The notes under the pieces are model-generated. The model saw only the letters and a program-made list of their open reading frames with translations, did no database searches and was not told the DNA's origin. This document shows positions 17,801 to 26,644 of a stretch of DNA of 44,384 nt, in pieces. Every line of letters begins with the position of its first letter. The first letter of the stretch is position 1. This DNA is from a virus (Duplodnaviria; Caudoviricetes), in IMG/VR virus record IMGVR_UViG_3300010052_000219, positions 1-44,384 of that record. One strand, given 5' to 3'. The position numbers and the translations under genes are program-made.

Positions 17801-19345
17801 TCAGTCCTTTTTCGATTGAGCCGGGCCCGACGGCGCCGGGCCATACTTGCCGTCGAGGGTCATCGCGCTGGGCAGGCGACCGGCCCATTCGAACCCGGTT
17901 GCGTTGAGCATTCCCGCGATGATCCCGTCCTTCGCGGACTTCAGGAGCTTGGCGAACGGCTTCTCGCCCATGTGCGTGACGAGGCCCGCTTCCTGCGCGA
18001 TGCCCTTGAGCTCCGCCGCGTTGAAATGCTCGAGGAATGCCTTGTCGACCTGCCAGGAATCGCGCAGATCGATCTCGAAGGCGGCTGCGAGATCCGCGAC
18101 GTGCCCGAATGTCCGCACGTCCCTCGCATAGGCCGTCGCGATCGCGGTGAGCACGCCGGCGGCCGCCTCGTCCGACAACCCACGGATCGCCCCGATCTTC
18201 CCGGCATAGGTCAGCGTATCGAAGGTGGCCCCGGCCAGCGCGCCGGCGCGAGCGGTCAGCGTCTCCGGGCGGATGTGCGTCAGCGTGCCGGTCAGCGCGG
18301 CCACCCGGATCACGGTTTCCGCGTGTGCGGTGTTGCTGAACAGGTCGCGGGCCAGCGCGGTCCGCCAGGCGGCCTCGCGCAACGGCGTGGCGCGTGCGGC
18401 CAGCGTCTTCGCGGTAACCGGCGCATTGACGGCCGCCGGCTGTGGAGAAGCGCTCCCCTGGCCCGGCGATGAGCCAAGGGAGCTATCCGGGGTACTCGGA
18501 TGAGCGACGCTCGGCACCGCCGCCGAGCTGTTCTCACCACCCGCCGCTCCGGAATCGGTGGCAGTCTCTTTCTGCTTGGCGTCGGCCGCCTCGGTCTTCA
18601 GCTGGAAGCAGCCGGGGTTCGTGCAGTGCCCGTCGTCGACATGCGTGTCGAACAGCGCGCGCTGTGATGCCGAGTTGAACGGGCACGTCGTGCATTCGCC
18701 TTTGTCGAAGATGGCGTTTGCCAGCGTCTGCGTGACACGCATCAGCAGCTCGCGAGTCTTCCCGACGTCGAGGTTGAAGGCCAGGATGTTCTCGAGAGCC
18801 TTGGCCTGCTTGTCGAACGGCACAGCGGCGAGCAGCTCGGCGTGGCCCAGCTTGATGCGGCGCTCGTCAAGCGCACCCTTCACCGGGAGGTCGAGGCCGG
18901 CCAGCGCCAGGCGCCGCTCGAGCTTGGATTTCGACCAGCCCAGCCGCTTCGCCGCCTCAACACGATCGTCTTTGCAGGCTGCGAGGACGCGTACTGCGGC
19001 GTCGGCCTGCTCGGTCTCCGAAGCGTCCTCGCGGATATCGTTCTCGTCGATCGCCGCCTCGAGCGCTTCCTGATCGCTCATGCGGCGGATACGGACGGGG
19101 ACCTCACCCTCGGGCCCGAACGCTTCGAGCGCTGCCTTGTACCGGCGCTCACCGGCGACGATCACGAACGCATCGTCGCCATCGGTTGCCGGGCGCAACA
19201 GGATCGGCTGCAGCAACCCGCGCAGGCGGATCGAGCCGACCAGCTCCTCATGCTTTTGCCGATCGAAGTAGCGGCGAGGGTTTTCGCCCGGCCGCACCTT
19301 GGAGAGCGGAAGGGTGTCGGGGAAAGACGGTTCGGGAGCATCCAT
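17801..19345 (-). CDS. PRTRC system ParB-family protein
   Basis: NPRRYFD, GLLQPILLRP, IVAGERRYKA, ENDIRED, HTH, CTTCPFNS...CTNPGC. Confidence 0.93.
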   Translation of the reverse strand: MDAPEPSFPDTLPLSKVRPGENPRRYFDRQKHEELVGSIRLRGLLQPILLRPATDGDDAFVIVAGERRYKAALEAFGPEGEVPVRIRRMSDQEALEAAIDENDIREDASETEQADAAVRVLAACKDDRVEAAKRLGWSKSKLERRLALAGLDLPVKGALDERRIKLGHAELLAAVPFDKQAKALENILAFNLDVGKTRELLMRVTQTLANAIFDKGECTTCPFNSASQRALFDTHVDDGHCTNPGCFQLKTEAADAKQKETATDSGAAGGENSSAAVPSVAHPSTPDSSLGSSPGQGSASPQPAAVNAPVTAKTLAARATPLREAAWRTALARDLFSNTAHAETVIRVAALTGTLTHIRPETLTARAGALAGATFDTLTYAGKIGAIRGLSDEAAAGVLTAIATAYARDVRTFGHVADLAAAFEIDLRDSWQVDKAFLEHFNAAELKGIAQEAGLVTHMGEKPFAKLLKSAKDGIIAGMLNATGFEWAGRLPSAMTLDGKYGPAPSGPAQSKKD

Positions 19346-19377
19346 AGCTCTCTCCTCGGTCATATGGGGGGAATGGC

Positions 19378-20148
19378 TCACGAGCGTGGTTCCGCAGCCG
19401 CGGCGCGGATGCCCAGGCATTCGGCATGGTGCTGGCGACCGTCGCCCGTTCCGTGTGGGCAATAGCCGAACCCCAGGCGCTTGCCGCAGGTAGCGCAGGG
19501 CTGAAACATCCGCTTGAGATTGCGCGCGAGGCTGAAGCGCACCCTCCAGTGATGAACATGCCAGCGCGGGTGACGCCACCACGGCCGGTGGTGCCGATGC
19601 AGCGCGGACGCGATCGACAGCACGAAGCTCTCGGGATCGTCGCTTGTCTGGAGGTTGTCGGTCTCGTTGAGGGCGAGGTTGGTCGCGATCTTCATCGTCG
19701 CGGCGTAGCGGGACCGAACGAACCAGCGGCCGTCGCAGTTCAGTTGCCAGCGGCGAAGATGTTCCAGTCGCATCGCGACCATCAGGCAGGCGGCGAGACA
19801 ATCGGCCGGCGTCATGCGCTTCCAGCCGGTGCTATAGCCGGCGAGCTGGTGCACGGCGCGAGCGAAAGCGTTGCGGAGCGCCTGCACCTCACCAGCATCG
19901 GCGAGGATATCGCGCACGGCCTGGGCGTATTCGTGCGGCCGCCGGTCGAACCAGCCGCAGCTGTCATCGCGGCGCTGTCCTTCCACGCGGCGCTCCGGAT
20001 CGACGTGCCAGATGTCGATGCCGATCCACGGGCTCAGTGCGTAGATCGCTCGACAGATGCTCCAGGGCTTCGGGTGCCCGCGCAGCGAGGTTCCGCCCTT
20101 GGGATAGGGCGGGAAGCTGAAGGCGAGCCCGCAGGGGTCATATCCCAT
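19378..20148 (-). CDS. Phage hypothetical protein, Trp/His-rich with a CxxC tail
   Basis: IWHVDPE...DDSCGWF...RPWWRHPRWHVHHWR...CATCG. Confidence 0.75.
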   Translation of the reverse strand: MGYDPCGLAFSFPPYPKGGTSLRGHPKPWSICRAIYALSPWIGIDIWHVDPERRVEGQRRDDSCGWFDRRPHEYAQAVRDILADAGEVQALRNAFARAVHQLAGYSTGWKRMTPADCLAACLMVAMRLEHLRRWQLNCDGRWFVRSRYAATMKIATNLALNETDNLQTSDDPESFVLSIASALHRHHRPWWRHPRWHVHHWRVRFSLARNLKRMFQPCATCGKRLGFGYCPHGTGDGRQHHAECLGIRAAAAEPRS

Positions 20149-20335
20149 TGGACGGGCTCCGGTTGGGGTTGGGATAGAGGGGGGCGGCGCACCAGCGGGC
20201 GAGATCAATGTCGAACCGGCCGCGACGCGAGCTCTCGACCGTGATCTTGCCGGCAACGCCAGTCTGCGCGCGCGAGCGGCGCAGCCGCAGCGCATGCCCG
20301 GGCGCCAGTTCGACGTTGCGCCATTCCGCGGGCAT
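20138..20335 (-). CDS. Small hypothetical protein
   Basis: TGATG-coupled to the upstream ORF; overlaps the next start. Confidence 0.5.
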   Translation of the reverse strand: MPAEWRNVELAPGHALRLRRSRAQTGVAGKITVESSRRGRFDIDLARWCAAPLYPNPNRSPSNGI

Positions 20336-20544
20336 CAGCCTTGGCCTCCAGCCGCGGCGATGCGGCGTTCGATTGCGCTGATCACCGTGGGCAAGGCATC
20401 ATCGGACAGGATGACGTCCGCATCCTTGCCGGGACCGATATCGGGACGGACGACAACGGTGATCTTTGCGTTGCGGAAGTGGCCCTTGATCGCGTCCAGG
20501 TGGCTTGCGATGTCGGCTTCGATGTGGGCGGGGAGGCCGCTCAT
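20335..20544 (-). CDS. Small hypothetical protein
   Basis: TGATG-coupled to the GapR gene; KITVVVRP...DADVILSDD. Confidence 0.7.
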   Translation of the reverse strand: MSGLPAHIEADIASHLDAIKGHFRNAKITVVVRPDIGPGKDADVILSDDALPTVISAIERRIAAAGGQG

Positions 20545-21149
20545 CAGGCCATACCCAACGCGGCGCGATAGGTTTCAAGAAGCGCGTCCTGCTCGTCGAG
20601 CTGGTGCTTCTCCATCTTGCGCAGGCGCACGATCGTGCGGATCGTCTTGGCGTCGAAACCGGTCGACTTGGCCTCGGCGTAGACGTCTTTGATGTCGTCG
20701 CTGATGCCCTTCTTCTCGTCTTCCAGGCGTTCGATGCGCTCGACGAGCAGACGCAGCTGCTCCGCCGATATGGAATCACTCATGGTTTGCTCCTGTCGAT
20801 TGTGCCTTGCAGGGGACTGGGATGGGGCCGGTTCTGTCGGCGTGAGTTCATCAACGATGATCAGGCTGGCCTTCATGCCCGACATTGCGGGGCGGCTGGG
20901 CGAGCCGATCTGCGCCCGCACCGAGGCGGCGCTCGCCTCAGCCAAGTCCGTGATCAGGACTGCGCGCGCACCCACGTGATTGGGCGCACCGACGATACCC
21001 TCGCGCTCCATGCGTTCGATCAGGCGTGCGGCGCTGTTGTAGCCGAGCCGCAGCTGCCGCTGGAGCCACGAGGTGGAAGCCTTCTGGTGCCCGACAACGA
21101 GCGCCAGCGCGTCCTGATAGAGCCCTTCCGCGGCTATGCTGTCGGACAT
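20544..21149 (-). CDS. FtsK-gamma domain fused to a GapR (DUF2312) nucleoid-associated domain; internal start at 20783
   Basis: [31 protein letters not shown] (FtsK gamma); [31 protein letters not shown] (GapR). Confidence 0.92.
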   Translation of the reverse strand: MSDSIAAEGLYQDALALVVGHQKASTSWLQRQLRLGYNSAARLIERMEREGIVGAPNHVGARAVLITDLAEASAASVRAQIGSPSRPAMSGMKASLIIVDELTPTEPAPSQSPARHNRQEQTMSDSISAEQLRLLVERIERLEDEKKGISDDIKDVYAEAKSTGFDAKTIRTIVRLRKMEKHQLDEQDALLETYRAALGMA

Positions 21150-21364
21150 GGTTCCTCCATGGGCAGGGATCGTTGGGGATCGGGATTGGCCGCGAGCCAC
21201 GCGCCGAGCGCCGTACTGGCGGCCATGACGCTGTCCGTGGCGGCGCGGAGCTCGCGCTCCGCGATCTGGTGCTTCTCGATCGCGCGACTGCGGCGCTTCG
21301 TCGCGTGCTGCAGAAGCTCTTCGAGCCGATCGCGCTCGGGGTTCGGTTCGGGCGGCTCGATCAC
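21134..21364 (-). CDS. Small coiled-coil hypothetical protein
   Basis: GTGA overlap with the upstream stop; fills the gap. Confidence 0.6.
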   Translation of the reverse strand: MIEPPEPNPERDRLEELLQHATKRRSRAIEKHQIAERELRAATDSVMAASTALGAWLAANPDPQRSLPMEEPCPTA

Positions 21365-22008
21365 GGATGTGACCTCCGATCCGGTTCCCAGCCGACGCGG
21401 ATGGCACGATCGATCACGTCCCCATCGCTCAGCACGTGCAGCCCGCGACGCCAAAAGCCGCCGGTAGGCGTCAGAGCGCCGTCCTCACTGCAGCGAAGGA
21501 TCGGACCCAGCCGGCGCAGAAAGTCCGCGGCCGCCTCGGGGTCCAACAGCGCGCGTCGAGCCTCTTCGATCTGCCGAGCGATTTCCGCCCGCGCATCGGC
21601 AGCGGTCATACGCTTCGAGCGCGTCAGGCGCCGATACTCGCTGCGCAGTTCCTTGGGGCACCAGCCCATGCGCACTTCGTGCATGATCGACCCGATGTTC
21701 GCGGTGGCTGCGCGTCGCTTCGCCTGTGCTTCTGGGGACGCCTGATAATGGGCCTGAAGTTCTCGGCCGCGCTCCACAAGGAATTGGCGCCAGGCCGGGT
21801 CGTGCCGGAGGCGGCGGTGCCGCTCCTTGTTCTTGCGGCTTATCAGGGCGCGATATTCCGGATCGGCCTTGCTTTCGCGCAACGCCGCCAGTCGCTTGGC
21901 CTCGCGCTCCGGATCCAGACGGGCGAGCCGGTTCGCGCAGGCACGACAACGGCCCCTGCTCTGGGAGGTGATCGCTGCGGGGCAATCGCTACAGATCCGC
22001 GCGCTCAT
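21361..22008 (-). CDS. Arg-rich hypothetical protein with an N-terminal Cys4 zinc finger
   Basis: CSDC...CRAC; coupled on both sides. Confidence 0.7.
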   Translation of the reverse strand: MSARICSDCPAAITSQSRGRCRACANRLARLDPEREAKRLAALRESKADPEYRALISRKNKERHRRLRHDPAWRQFLVERGRELQAHYQASPEAQAKRRAATANIGSIMHEVRMGWCPKELRSEYRRLTRSKRMTAADARAEIARQIEEARRALLDPEAAADFLRRLGPILRCSEDGALTPTGGFWRRGLHVLSDGDVIDRAIRVGWEPDRRSHP

Positions 22009-22610
22009 TCTGGCACCGCCGCGTCGAACTTGCCGAGCTCGTTGCCCCAGCTTGACCAGCCGTCACGGTGCTGGCGCGCGAACAACTCCACGAACCGCAC
22101 CGCCCGCGGCGCCAGCCGCTCGCACACCGAGTATTGCTCGTCCGGCTTGCGGCTATGACCGCGCGCAACGGCATCGATCACGTCGAGGTCGCTGGTCTCG
22201 ATGACATTGCGGACGTTGCGCGCGGTCAGCGGGTTTCCCAGCGTGCCGATCAGGAACGGCTCGGTCGCGCTACGCATCACATAGCCGGTGCCGAACGCGG
22301 ACTTTCCATGCTTGCTGCGCTTGTGCCAGGCGCCGCCGGTCACATAGCGGAATCCCCAGTCGTCCATCAGCTGGAGCGACTGTTTCAGCGTCGGCCAGCA
22401 CGCCCACAGGAACAGGATAGCATCGCCGCGCGCGAGCTGCGCCGGCTGGAGCGCGGCCAGTTCATCCCACGACATCGTGTCGTAGTGGGCCTGAGGGCTC
22501 TTCCCTTCGCCCCCCGCTCCCCATGTTTCGAAGCGCGTGGCGGGATCCGCGAGGATCACGTCGAACGAGAGGGGCGCGAGAACGCCGAAAGGCCAGGCAG
22601 CATCGCTCAT
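22005..22610 (-). CDS. MT-A70-family adenine methyltransferase with an atypical DPAT motif
   Basis: FDVILADPATRF, HYDTM, LFLW, WGFRY, RSATEPFLIG, HSRKPD, ELFAR, WGNE. Confidence 0.92.
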   Translation of the reverse strand: MSDAAWPFGVLAPLSFDVILADPATRFETWGAGGEGKSPQAHYDTMSWDELAALQPAQLARGDAILFLWACWPTLKQSLQLMDDWGFRYVTGGAWHKRSKHGKSAFGTGYVMRSATEPFLIGTLGNPLTARNVRNVIETSDLDVIDAVARGHSRKPDEQYSVCERLAPRAVRFVELFARQHRDGWSSWGNELGKFDAAVPE

Positions 22611-23332
22611 CAATGCCTCCGGAACGTGATGGTGACGTCGGATTGCCAGCACAGCGTGCAGGTCGCGCAGCAATCGCTCGCGCCGGTTTGGGCTGGGCAG
22701 ACCACGCCGATCGAATCGACGTCGCTGATGACCGACGCTTTGCGCGGCTCGGCACGGCCCGACGAGCGGACGGCGAAGCGATTCCAGTCGGCGTCAGCCA
22801 GATCTCGTACGGCGTCGCCGATAGCGTCGCGCCGTCCTGTAAAGCCGAAGACGTGGAGGGCCGGGAACTCGGCGAGCGCGCGCCGCCAGAGGTCGACATA
22901 GGCGAGGCTGTAGAAGTCGCCCAGGACGTGGAGGCGCACTAGGAAGCCCCGCGGGTGCTGGCCCTGCAGCTCGGAGAGCTCGTCCCAAAGCGCCGTTTCG
23001 AGTGCGGCCCCAGCGACGATGCGCTCGGCCGCCTGCATTCCATTGCCGTAGCAGAAAGCCCAGGCCGGGCAGCCGCGCTCGCAGGTTGCGCGCTCCTCCA
23101 GCGTGAGCGTGTAGATAGGCGCATTGCGCAACCGGCCCTTCTGCACGGTCTTGCCGATCTTTCGGCTCTGATGCCCCGTCTTGAGGACGCGTTGGACCTC
23201 GTCGGGGTCGAACACGCGCGACGGGAACAAGCTGCGACCTGAACGAAAGGCCGGATGGATCACCGGCAAGGTGACGCCCGTGCCCTTCGGCTTGATTGAG
23301 GGATGCCGGCGAAGCGAGGAGGCCGCGGTCAT
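22610..23332 (-). CDS. Phage Gp88-like Cys-rich (radical-SAM-like) protein
   Basis: TCERGCPAWAFCY, VRLHVLGDF, FGFT, CPAQ...CATCTLCW. Confidence 0.75.
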   Translation of the reverse strand: MTAASSLRRHPSIKPKGTGVTLPVIHPAFRSGRSLFPSRVFDPDEVQRVLKTGHQSRKIGKTVQKGRLRNAPIYTLTLEERATCERGCPAWAFCYGNGMQAAERIVAGAALETALWDELSELQGQHPRGFLVRLHVLGDFYSLAYVDLWRRALAEFPALHVFGFTGRRDAIGDAVRDLADADWNRFAVRSSGRAEPRKASVISDVDSIGVVCPAQTGASDCCATCTLCWQSDVTITFRRH

Positions 23333-23805
23333 TCGACCAGCCCCAGCAGCGCTGCGCGCCCGCGGCTGACGCGGCTCTTGATGGTCCCGATGGCAACGCC
23401 AAGATCGTCGGCGGCTTCCTCATAGGTCCCACAAAGGGCAACGGCGAGTAGCGCCTTCGCCTGAATGTCAGGGATCTTCTTGAGGGCGCGGGAGAGGTCA
23501 GCGACGTGGACGACCGATTCCTGATTGGCTGGAGAGGGAACCTCGAACCCGTCGAAGTCGGCGATGTAGCCGCCGTCCCACCGCTTTCGGCGCTGCTCGC
23601 TGATGAAGAGGTTCCGCAGGATGAACCGCACCCATGTTTCGAGCGCCGAACCGCGCGCGAAGCTGGCACGCGCGCGCCAAGCGTTCGCGATCGCATGCGA
23701 AGCAAGATCCTCGGCGCGCTCGGGGTCACGAGATAGATTGCGGCCGTAGCGCACCAGCGACGGGCGCAGCGCCATCAGATCCCGTGCGAAGGCAGTGTCG
23801 CTCAT
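23329..23805 (-). CDS. ECF sigma factor-like protein (EcfG/sigmaT-like)
   Basis: AEDL...AWRARASF...WVRFILRNLFIS; YEEAA...GTIKSRVSRGR. Confidence 0.88.
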   Translation of the reverse strand: MSDTAFARDLMALRPSLVRYGRNLSRDPERAEDLASHAIANAWRARASFARGSALETWVRFILRNLFISEQRRKRWDGGYIADFDGFEVPSPANQESVVHVADLSRALKKIPDIQAKALLAVALCGTYEEAADDLGVAIGTIKSRVSRGRAALLGLVE

Positions 23806-24638
23806 GCCTCCTCCTCGAAGGCCGCAACGGCCTCCCGATAGGCGCGCATCAAAACGCGCTCGCCGGCTTCGGTCAGACTCACCGACGACGACGCCTGTTC
23901 GAGACGGATTTCAGCGAGCCATTCTTTCTGGGTCGCACCGCCGATGATCTCGACGAATAGCTCAGCATCGAAGCCGCTCTCGGGAAGCAGCGTGGCGAAG
24001 CACCGCACGATCGGGATGAAGATCGATCCGGCATACTGAAGCACTGCGCCGGGCCAGGCGGTGGCGAGAGCCTGCAGCCCGGCCAGCGCGGCGGCCTTCC
24101 CGTGCTGTCGGAACGCACCGCGGATACCGCCGATGTTCGAAACCATGCATGGCTTCCACGCGGTGTGGTTCGTGTGGGTCGCCAGCGTGAGGCCCGCCGC
24201 GACGATCAGCGCCTGGACTTCTGTGGCCTCGTCGTCGCCGGCGGCGAGCGCCGCGCGGAACAGGTCCAACGCGTTGAGCGGCCGACGCTGCTGGTTCATC
24301 GCGACGAAGGAAGCCGCCTCGTCGGCCATGCTGTCATACGCGGTGACCACGCAGGGCAGGTCGTAGATGTCGTTGCGAAGCCGGGCGCCGGCCAGTCGGT
24401 GCTGTCCGTCGACCACCCACAGCGTGCCGTCGGCGCGGCGCGACACGGCGAGCGGCTGGAACAGCGCCCAATCCCAGAACATCGCGATCCGCCGGATAAG
24501 CGTTTGGCTGGTGCCCGCTTCGATCGACCGCTGATACGTCGGATCGACGTTCAGATCTCCGATGCGATGGTTCTCGAGACTCGGCCGAAGACCCAGTGGC
24601 GGATTGACCTTGAGGCGCGAGGTGGCCGGGCGGCTCAT
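23802..24638 (-). CDS. ParB/Srx-like (DGQHR, DUF6551-like) protein
   Basis: VDPTYQR, PLAVSRR, VVDGQHRL, EAASFVAMN. Confidence 0.8.
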   Translation of the reverse strand: MSRPATSRLKVNPPLGLRPSLENHRIGDLNVDPTYQRSIEAGTSQTLIRRIAMFWDWALFQPLAVSRRADGTLWVVDGQHRLAGARLRNDIYDLPCVVTAYDSMADEAASFVAMNQQRRPLNALDLFRAALAAGDDEATEVQALIVAAGLTLATHTNHTAWKPCMVSNIGGIRGAFRQHGKAAALAGLQALATAWPGAVLQYAGSIFIPIVRCFATLLPESGFDAELFVEIIGGATQKEWLAEIRLEQASSSVSLTEAGERVLMRAYREAVAAFEEEA

Positions 24639-25465
24639 TTCTTGGTCGCCACGATCAGCTGGGCACCGACCATGGTGCCCGAGTGCTTGAAGGTGCCCGC
24701 AGGCAGCACCTCGCAGGACGCGTCGATCTCTTCGAGGAAGGCGCGGAAGGCCACGCTCGCTCGGTCCTTCGACAGGAAGGCGTGCGGTCCGACAATGGCG
24801 ACCAGCTCGCCCCCTTCGCGGAGCAGCGACCACGCGTGCCGAACGTGCGCCACGTCCTTCCCCGCCGAGAATGGCGGGTTCATCAGCACGACGTCGATCG
24901 GAATGAGCGACGTCGGTTGCCACCCGACGAAGTCCGCGTTGAAAGCGAAGATCGAACCGTGCGCCCCTTCGATATGGACGAGCGAAGCGCACAGCATCGG
25001 GTCGATCTCGACCGCGGTGACGACGGCGCCACAGGCGATCGCCGGGCGGATCAGGTTGCCGCCGCCGGCCGACGGTTCCAGCACGTGCGTCCCCATGTGG
25101 ACCCCAGCGAGCCGGACCATTCGCTCCGCCAGCTCGGGCGGCGTGAAGAATTGCTCGAGCGTCTTCTTGCGGTCGACAGCCATGCCCGTGTCGAGCGCAG
25201 CGGTGAGATCGTCACCGATGGGCTTCGCGAATACGTGTCCGCGTGTCCGCCGATCCCATTTTCCGCCGAGCGCTTTCAGCGCCTTGTCGACCTGGCGGTA
25301 CAGGTCGGGATCGAGCTTGCCATCGGGAAGCCGAAGGATCGAGCCGTCGACGGTTGAACGGCGCAGAACATCTGCAACGCCATCGCTCAAGTTCACGCCA
25401 CGCAGGCGCGCATTTCCGGTCGGCGAAGCGGCCATCGCCACTCCGCCGCTGCTCGCGGTGTTCAT
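24635..25465 (-). CDS. Solitary N6-adenine-type DNA methyltransferase
   Basis: FFTP, VLEPSAGGGNL, VLMNPPF, FKHSGT. Confidence 0.88.
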   Translation of the reverse strand: MNTASSGGVAMAASPTGNARLRGVNLSDGVADVLRRSTVDGSILRLPDGKLDPDLYRQVDKALKALGGKWDRRTRGHVFAKPIGDDLTAALDTGMAVDRKKTLEQFFTPPELAERMVRLAGVHMGTHVLEPSAGGGNLIRPAIACGAVVTAVEIDPMLCASLVHIEGAHGSIFAFNADFVGWQPTSLIPIDVVLMNPPFSAGKDVAHVRHAWSLLREGGELVAIVGPHAFLSKDRASVAFRAFLEEIDASCEVLPAGTFKHSGTMVGAQLIVATKK

Positions 25466-25492
25466 GATCTTCTCCTTCCGGCCCCCGCCGGG

Positions 25493-25987
25493 CTAGGTCC
25501 TCGAATTCGATGCGACGACCCGCGGGACGCCGCGAATGTCGTTGATCTGTGCGATCAGGTCTCCGGTGAGCGCATGGACGGCGCGGACATCCGCCTCCAT
25601 GTCCAGCAGCTCGGAATGGATCTTGGCGACGCCGCCCGGGCTGGTCGGGCATTCGGCGCGGGCGAGCTTGGCCAGGAGCGCGGCGACCGGGACCGTGCCC
25701 ATCATGCCGGCGGCCGCCTCCTCGTTAGACACCAGGCGCTTCCCGTAGGCCGCGGCGATATCGTCCAGCACGGTCGGTTCGACCGCCAGCACATCCCACA
25801 GCCGCTTCGGATGCGTCGATCCTCCTGCGAACAGGTTCCGGAGCTGTTTGGTGGTGAGGTCCATCACGTACGCGAGCGCCTTCGCGCCTACGCGCGTCTG
25901 CGCGCGCGCCAGCCCGTTGATCATTCGCGCGCGGAAGTCCTCTTCCTCGACGGCTAACGTTTCGGGAACGACACTTCCCCCGGTCAT
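25493..25987 (-). CDS. CII-like phage regulatory protein
   Basis: HTH-like GAKALAYVMDLTTKQLRN; position downstream of cro. Confidence 0.6.
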   Translation of the reverse strand: MTGGSVVPETLAVEEEDFRARMINGLARAQTRVGAKALAYVMDLTTKQLRNLFAGGSTHPKRLWDVLAVEPTVLDDIAAAYGKRLVSNEEAAAGMMGTVPVAALLAKLARAECPTSPGGVAKIHSELLDMEADVRAVHALTGDLIAQINDIRGVPRVVASNSRT

Positions 25988-26328
25988 CGGGCATTACCCC
26001 CTTCATGAACAGCATCGATCACGTGGGGCGCGGAGCCCAAACGCCACTGGGGCTCCGCACCCGCCTCGCCCGCGTCCCGCGGCACGAGAATGGTCGGCTC
26101 CTGGGGAGCCTCGATCACACCGGGCGCGGAGCCCCAACGACCCTGCGGCCCCGCGCCCGTCTCGACCGCAGCACGCGGCCCGAGCTTGATTGGATAGGCG
26201 GCGGGCGCAGAGGTAAGGGGGGGAACCCCTGCGCCCGCCTCGGCTGCGCGAATCGCGCCGAGCCGGTTCGAAATGGTGTCGCTGGCCGCCCCGGTCGGGT
26301 CGGCCGCCATGAAGCCCTCGCCGCTCAT
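25984..26328 (-). CDS. Low-complexity ORF bridging cro and the CII-like gene, carrying the hairpin repeats in frame
   Basis: ATGA overlaps at both ends; three peptide repeats. Confidence 0.45.
   Translation of the reverse strand: MSGEGFMAADPTGAASDTISNRLGAIRAAEAGAGVPPLTSAPAAYPIKLGPRAAVETGAGPQGRWGSAPGVIEAPQEPTILVPRDAGEAGAEPQWRLGSAPHVIDAVHEGGNAR
26015..26262 (-). ncRNA. Three tandem two-hairpin RNA elements (put-like candidate)
   Basis: Units at 26201-26262, 26121-26184 and 26026-26088; each is a CUCG..CGAG stem abutting a GGG(C/U)GC..GCGCCC stem; stem variants form G-U pairs only on the minus strand. Confidence 0.6.
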
Positions 26329-26630
26329 GCCGCGTGCCTCTCGGATTGTCGCGAAGGGCACTCGACCTTGGTGCAGGCGGCGATTTCGCCTTGGGCTCGA
26401 GGCCCGCAGACGTCACAGTGCCCGGGCCTCTCAAACTCCACCATGAAGTCGAGGACCTTCTTCGCATTCTTGAGCGAGAGGCTTCGACCGTCCCGGAGGA
26501 GCCTGATCAGGTCGCCGTCGTTCATGGCCTCGCGCCCGAAGCGCGTCGGCTTCATGCCCGTGCGGGCGATGAACGCATCGATCTTCTCGAGCAATTCAGC
26601 GTCGGGATCGGGGTTGGCGAGCATCTGCAT
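26325..26630 (-). CDS. Cro-like repressor
   Basis: LLEKIDAFIARTGMKPTRFGREAMNDGDLIRLLRDGRS; divergent from the cI-like gene. Confidence 0.8.
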   Translation of the reverse strand: MQMLANPDPDAELLEKIDAFIARTGMKPTRFGREAMNDGDLIRLLRDGRSLSLKNAKKVLDFMVEFERPGHCDVCGPRAQGEIAACTKVECPSRQSERHAA

Positions 26631-26644
26631 GGCTCGACCAAATA

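Noticed and set aside
17801-19801. 666-aa ParB as given in the ORF track
   Set aside because: The extension overlaps another gene; an RBS supports the start at 19345. Several other ORFs were trimmed on the same grounds
22005-25465. Restriction-modification system
   Set aside because: No adjacent cognate restriction endonuclease; solitary MTases are normal in phage early regions
11976-25496. Many long plus-strand ORFs over the minus arm (e.g. 11976-13145, 14308-15465, 24102-25496)
   Set aside because: Shadow frames of motif-bearing minus-strand genes
26015-26262. Hairpin array read as CRISPR, tRNA or terminators
   Set aside because: Repeats are too degenerate, there is no cloverleaf or T-loop, and no U-tracts follow the stems
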